A stretch of 64,000 bases of DNA, from the NCBI GenBank assembly GCA_964016885.1, contig OZ024763.1, positions 21,204,001-21,268,000 on the forward strand, in the 5' to 3' direction. Numbering within the stretch: the first letter of the stretch is position 1; every line of letters starts with the position of its first letter. This DNA is from Eledone cirrhosa (taxonomy: Eukaryota). The notes under the pieces are model-generated. The model was not told the DNA's origin. It did no database searches and worked only from the letters and a program-made list of their open reading frames with translations. Both the position numbers and the translations under genes were made by a program. Positions 58,913 through 64,000 of the stretch are shown one piece after another.

Positions 58913-60850
58913 AGTACATTGTGTAAAGTGGTTATTGGTAGAAAGAACATCTGACTATAGAAAACCTGATAAATACACCCAGTACACTCTGTAAAGTGGT
59001 TATTGGTAGAGAGAAGATCTGACTATAGAAAACCTGATAAATACACCCAGTACACTCTGTAAAGTGGTTATTGGTAGAAAGAAGATCTGACTATAGAAAA
59101 CCTGATAAATACACCCAGTACACTCTGTAAAGTGGTTATTGGTAGAAAGAAGATCTGACTATAGAAAACCTGATAAATATACCCAGTACACTCTGTAAAG
59201 TGGTTATTGGTAGAAAGAAGATTTGACTATAGAAAACCTGATAAATACACCCAGTACACTCTGTAAAGTGGTTATTGGTAGAAAGAAGATCTGACTATAG
59301 AAAACCTGATAAATACACCCAGTACACTCTGTAAAGTGGTTATTGGTAGAAAGAAGATCTGACTATAGAAAACCTGATAAATACACCCAGTACACTCTGT
59401 AAAGTGGTTATTGGTAGAAAGAAGATCTGACTATAGAAAACCTGATAAATACACCCAGTACACTCTGTAAAGTGGTTATTGGTAGAAAGATCTGACTATA
59501 GAAAACCTGATAAATACACCCAGTACACTCTGTAAAGTGGTTATTGGTAGAAAGAACATCTGACTATAGAAAACCTGATAAATACACCCAGTACACTCTG
59601 TAAAGTGGTTATTGGTAGAAAGAACATCTGACTATAGAAAACCTGATAAATACACCCAGTACACTCTGTAAAGTTGTTATTGGTAGAAAGAACATCTGAC
59701 TATAGAAAACCTGATAAATACACCCAGTACACTCTGTAAAGTGGTTATTGGTAGAAAGAACATCTGACTATAGAAAACCTGATAAATACACCCAGTACAC
59801 TCTGTAAAGTGGTTATTGGTAGAAAGAACATCTGACTATAGAAAACCTGATAAATACACCCAGTACACTCTGTAAAGTGGTTATTGGTAGAAAGAACATC
59901 TGACTATAGAAAACCTGATAAATACACCCAGTACACTCTGTAAAGTGGTTATTGGTAGAAAGAGCATCTGACTATAGAAAACCTGATAAATACACCCAGT
60001 ACACTCTGTAAAGTGGTTATTGGTAGAAAGAAGATCTGACTATAGAAAACCTGATAAATACACCCAGTACACTCTGTAAAGTGGTTATTGGTAGAAAGAA
60101 GATCTGACTATAGAAAACCTGATAAATACACCCAGTACACTCTGTAAAGTGGTTATTGGTAGAAAGAAGATCTGACTATAGAAAACCTGACAAACAACGA
60201 GTTAGGAAGATTTATTAATTAAGACATAGATATGACAACTTCCCTCGTGTTGGTGATCTACATGATAAATACACCCAGTACACTCTGTAAAGTGGTTTTG
60301 GTAGAAAGAACATCTGACTATAGAAAACCTGACAAACAACGAGTTAGGAAGATTTATCAATTAAGACATAGATATGACAACTTCCCTCGTGTTGGTGATC
60401 TACATGATAAATACACCCAGTACACTCTGTAAAGTGGTTATTGGTAGAAAGAGCATCTGACTATAGAAAACCTGGCAATCAAACAATTATGAAGCCTCAT
60501 TAGTTGTGACATAAATATGACAACTTACCTAATGTTGGTGATCTATATAATAAATACGCCCAGTACACTCTGTAAAGTGGTTGGTGGCATCTGACTATAG
60601 AAATCCTGGTAAACAAGAGTTAGGAGAACTCTTCAGCCATGTGATTGACATGACAGCCTGCCTCATGTTGGAGAACTATATAACAAATACACCCAGTACA
60701 CTCTGTAAAGTGGTTGGTGGCATCTGAGAGCATCTGACTATAACAAAAAATCTGCCAAACAAAGAGCTAGGAGGGCTCTTCATCTATGTCATTGACACAA
60801 CAACTTCCCGAGTGTTGGTGCCATGATAAAATACACTCAGTAGTTTGCAG
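58913..60850. repeat. 68-bp tandem array (~19 copies) grading into diverged ~140-bp units
   Basis: AGTACACTCT recurs every 68 bp; longer units begin after ~60190. Confidence 0.95.
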
Positions 60851-60963
60851 AATCATATGTCAGATTGACCCTCTCACCCCTCCACCTGGGCTTGTCTAGA
60901 GGTCATAGTACTGACACTGTCCTGTGATAACACATCCAGCCTTTGCTTGCAGGGAAACATTAA

Positions 60964-61002
<39 letters not shown>

Positions 61003-61286
61003 TCTTCTTAAATAATAAAAAAAAAAAAACCCTTTTTGTTTTGGAATGGTCTTCAGTTCTCTTGCGTGAAGTAGCTGAGTTTTTACACTCAGACATATTG
61101 CATGGATAAACATATATATATACACACACACACACATATATATATATGTTTCTCCATTGCAATCCTGTCTCTATTTTATACTCCTGAAGAAGGTCTTAAG
61201 CCTGACACGTCAAACTTTATTTCCTCTTTCCAATATGAAGTGTGAAACTAATAAGACTTTATGTACCTCTGTTTGTTGTCTCCTTG

Positions 61287-61327
<41 letters not shown>

Positions 61328-61411
61328 CGTTTTCTTTCTGTTTTCCATGCAATACTTTTAAGTGTAAAATCTACTAAATCACCTAATATATATATATTTC
61401 TATACATATAT

Positions 61412-61482
<71 letters not shown>

Positions 61483-61492
61483 CACATACACA

Positions 61493-61591
61493 CAGGGTGT
61501 CCGTAAAAATATATATACACATTTCAACAGCATACTAATAAATATTGCCTGTACAGTTAATCAAAGTATGTATACACTTTTTGAGACACCC
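61493..61591. mobile_element. Tc1/mariner-type MITE (copy of 44015)
   Basis: Same TIRs and internal TAATAAATATTGCCTG. Confidence 0.75.
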
Positions 61592-61675
61592 TATATATAT
61601 ATATATCATCATCATCATCGTTTAACGTCCATGTTCCACGCTTGGGTGTCTCAAAAAGTGTATACATACTTTGAT

Positions 61676-61707
<32 letters not shown>

Positions 61708-61863
61708 TATATGTATATGTGTATATATATATATATGTATATGTGTATATATATATATATGTATATGTGTATATATATATATATATGTATATGTGTATAT
61801 ATATGTATATGTGTATATATATGTATATGTGTATATATATATATATGTATATGTGTATATATA

Positions 61864-61894
<31 letters not shown>

Positions 61895-61902
61895 CTATCT
61901 AT

Positions 61903-63298
61903 CTAAGGCGGGTAAAATTCCCGAGATCCATGGACGAGTTCTCTCCAGCGGTCTCTGTCCCTCATTATCGCTGCCATATCCTGCATCTCCAACAGACCAG
62001 TGTCTGTCCTTAGGGCATCAACATATGTTAACCTTGGTCTTCCTCTTCTAGTGTGTCCATGTAGGGGCTCCCAAAGGAGCACTGAGTGCAATGTCAACTC
62101 TGGATGTCGGTGAGCATGTCCAGCCAACCTCAGTCTTTTCTGTGTCACTTTTGAGCTGACTTTTGGGATGCTCCCATACAGCTCTGAGTTTTTCATCCTC
62201 AGTGTATACTGATTAATGTTCAGAGCCATCCTCAGCATTCTCGTGTAGCACCCATCCACCATCTGAGTGAGTCTCTTGGTCAGTGTCCAAGTCTCAGACC
62301 CACACAGCAGCACAGACTCCACTACATCAATGAAGAGGCAGACCTTCAGGTCTCTACGAAGGTCCGACTTCCACACCGATCCCAAGCTGTGACACGCCGC
62401 CCAGGCCTTGCTCTTCCTCTCAACCACATCATCTTCCGTATTCCCAATCTTTGCTCCCAAATACAGGAAGTCCTCAACCAATTCCAGTGGCTTCCCGCCT
62501 ACATTAGTGATCCCCTCTGGCTTCTCAACATTCTCTACCAGATATTTTGTTTTAGTCTCATTCATTCTCAGCCCCACACTCATCGACACAGTCTCAACCT
62601 CCCGCATCAAATCCTCTGCCTCCTTCACTGTATTTGTCACCAAAACTATGTCGTCGGCAAATTCAGCATCCGATACCTTTTTCACCCCAACTCTCCTGCT
62701 CTGAGCCGGTGCTACAGTAAAGCCAGAGTCCTGGTGTTTCTCCAGTGCAAGGCGCATACAATAGTCCACTACGATGATAAAAAGGTAGGGAGCCAATGTA
62801 TCTCCCTGGAGCACTCCAGCCAGTATCTCAAAGAACTCTGTTCTCCCATCAGGTGTAATGACTTGGGCTTTGGTGTTGGTGTAGAGCAGTGATATCAGGT
62901 CCACTATCCTCTCGGGGATTCCATAAGCCTGTAAGATCTTCATCAGGCAGTAACGGTCCACAGAATCAAAGGCCTTCCTAAAGTCAATGAAAACCATGAC
63001 CGCAGGAAGGCACTTTGCTCTAGCTCCCTCTAATATCCTCCTCAGCATCAGGATGTGACTGGTGGTTGATCTACCCTCTCTGAAGCCGTTCTGGTTGTCC
63101 CTGAGCTTCTTCTCCATCTCAGGCTGGATCCTGTTAAGAATCATCCTGTTGAGGGTCTTTGCCACAAGTGACGTCAGTGAGATCCCCCGGTAGTTGTTGG
63201 TGTTAGAGAGATCTCCCTTCTTTGGCACTGGGACGATGTTACTGATCCTCCACTGATTCGGGGCAACTCCTTTCTCCAGTGTCCCGTTACAGAACCCC
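61903..63298 (-). mobile_element. RTE-clade non-LTR retrotransposon RT, 5'-truncated, uninterrupted frame
   Basis: PKKGDL...NYRGISL...QNGFR...FIDFRKAFDSV...GVLQGDTLAP...FADD...FLYLG...GSETW...RLRLAGH. Confidence 0.95.
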
Positions 63299-63493
63299 TA
63301 CTGTGTATATATATATATATGTATATGTGTATATTTATATATATATATATATATGTATATGTGTGTATATATATATATTAATATATATATACATATGTAT
63401 ATATATATATGTATATATATATATGTATATGTGTATATATATATGTGTATATATATATGTGTATATATATATGTGTATATATATATGTGTATA

Positions 63494-63534
<41 letters not shown>

Positions 63535-63537
63535 ATA

Positions 63538-63570
<33 letters not shown>

Positions 63571-63701
63571 GTGTATATATGTATATGTGTATATATATAT
63601 TTATATATATATATTTATATATATATATATATATATATGTGTATATATGTATATGTGTATATATATATTTATATATATATATTTATATATATATACATAT
63701 G

Positions 63702-63804
<103 letters not shown>

Positions 63805-63877
63805 ATGTGTATATATATATATATTTATATATGTATATATGTATATATATATATTTATATATATATACATATGTATA

Positions 63878-64000
63878 TCATCATCATCATCATCATCATT
63901 TTACGTCCGCCCTCCCCTGCTTGCAAGGGTGGGACGGGTCATATTCAGCACAGGATCTCTCCACTCGTCACGGTCCTTCGTCATCTCCACTGTGAGCTTC
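63878..64000 (-). mobile_element. RTE family 3 3' end (runs off the window)
   Basis: Matches 16360-16470. Confidence 0.85.

Overview
This is AT-rich, repeat-saturated eukaryotic DNA. The repeat complement (tRNA-derived SINEs with RTE-type (ATG)n tails, RTE LINE fragments, huge (TA)n/(TG)n tracts) resembles an octopod cephalopod genome, which is an inference. No host protein-coding gene could be recognised, and most listed ORFs are microsatellite translations. Real coding remnants are all transposon-derived: RTE-clade RT fragments (one uninterrupted ~465-codon piece at 61.9-63.3 kb), a Penelope-like GIY-YIG endonuclease (24.1-24.6 kb) and a Tc1/mariner transposase C-terminus (46 kb). Two themes stand out. 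(1) About a dozen hammerhead-ribozyme (HHR) motifs of several families occur, most inside short inverted-repeat or palindromic elements next to (TA)n tracts; they are probably Penelope pLTR remnants or retrozyme-like elements, and one pair shows compensatory stem changes. (2) Several tandem arrays (units of 27, 44, 48, ~55 and 68 bp) derive from modules of local SINE/LINE families; the 6-kb 48-bp array has higher-order structure and reads as a 1988-codon ORF.
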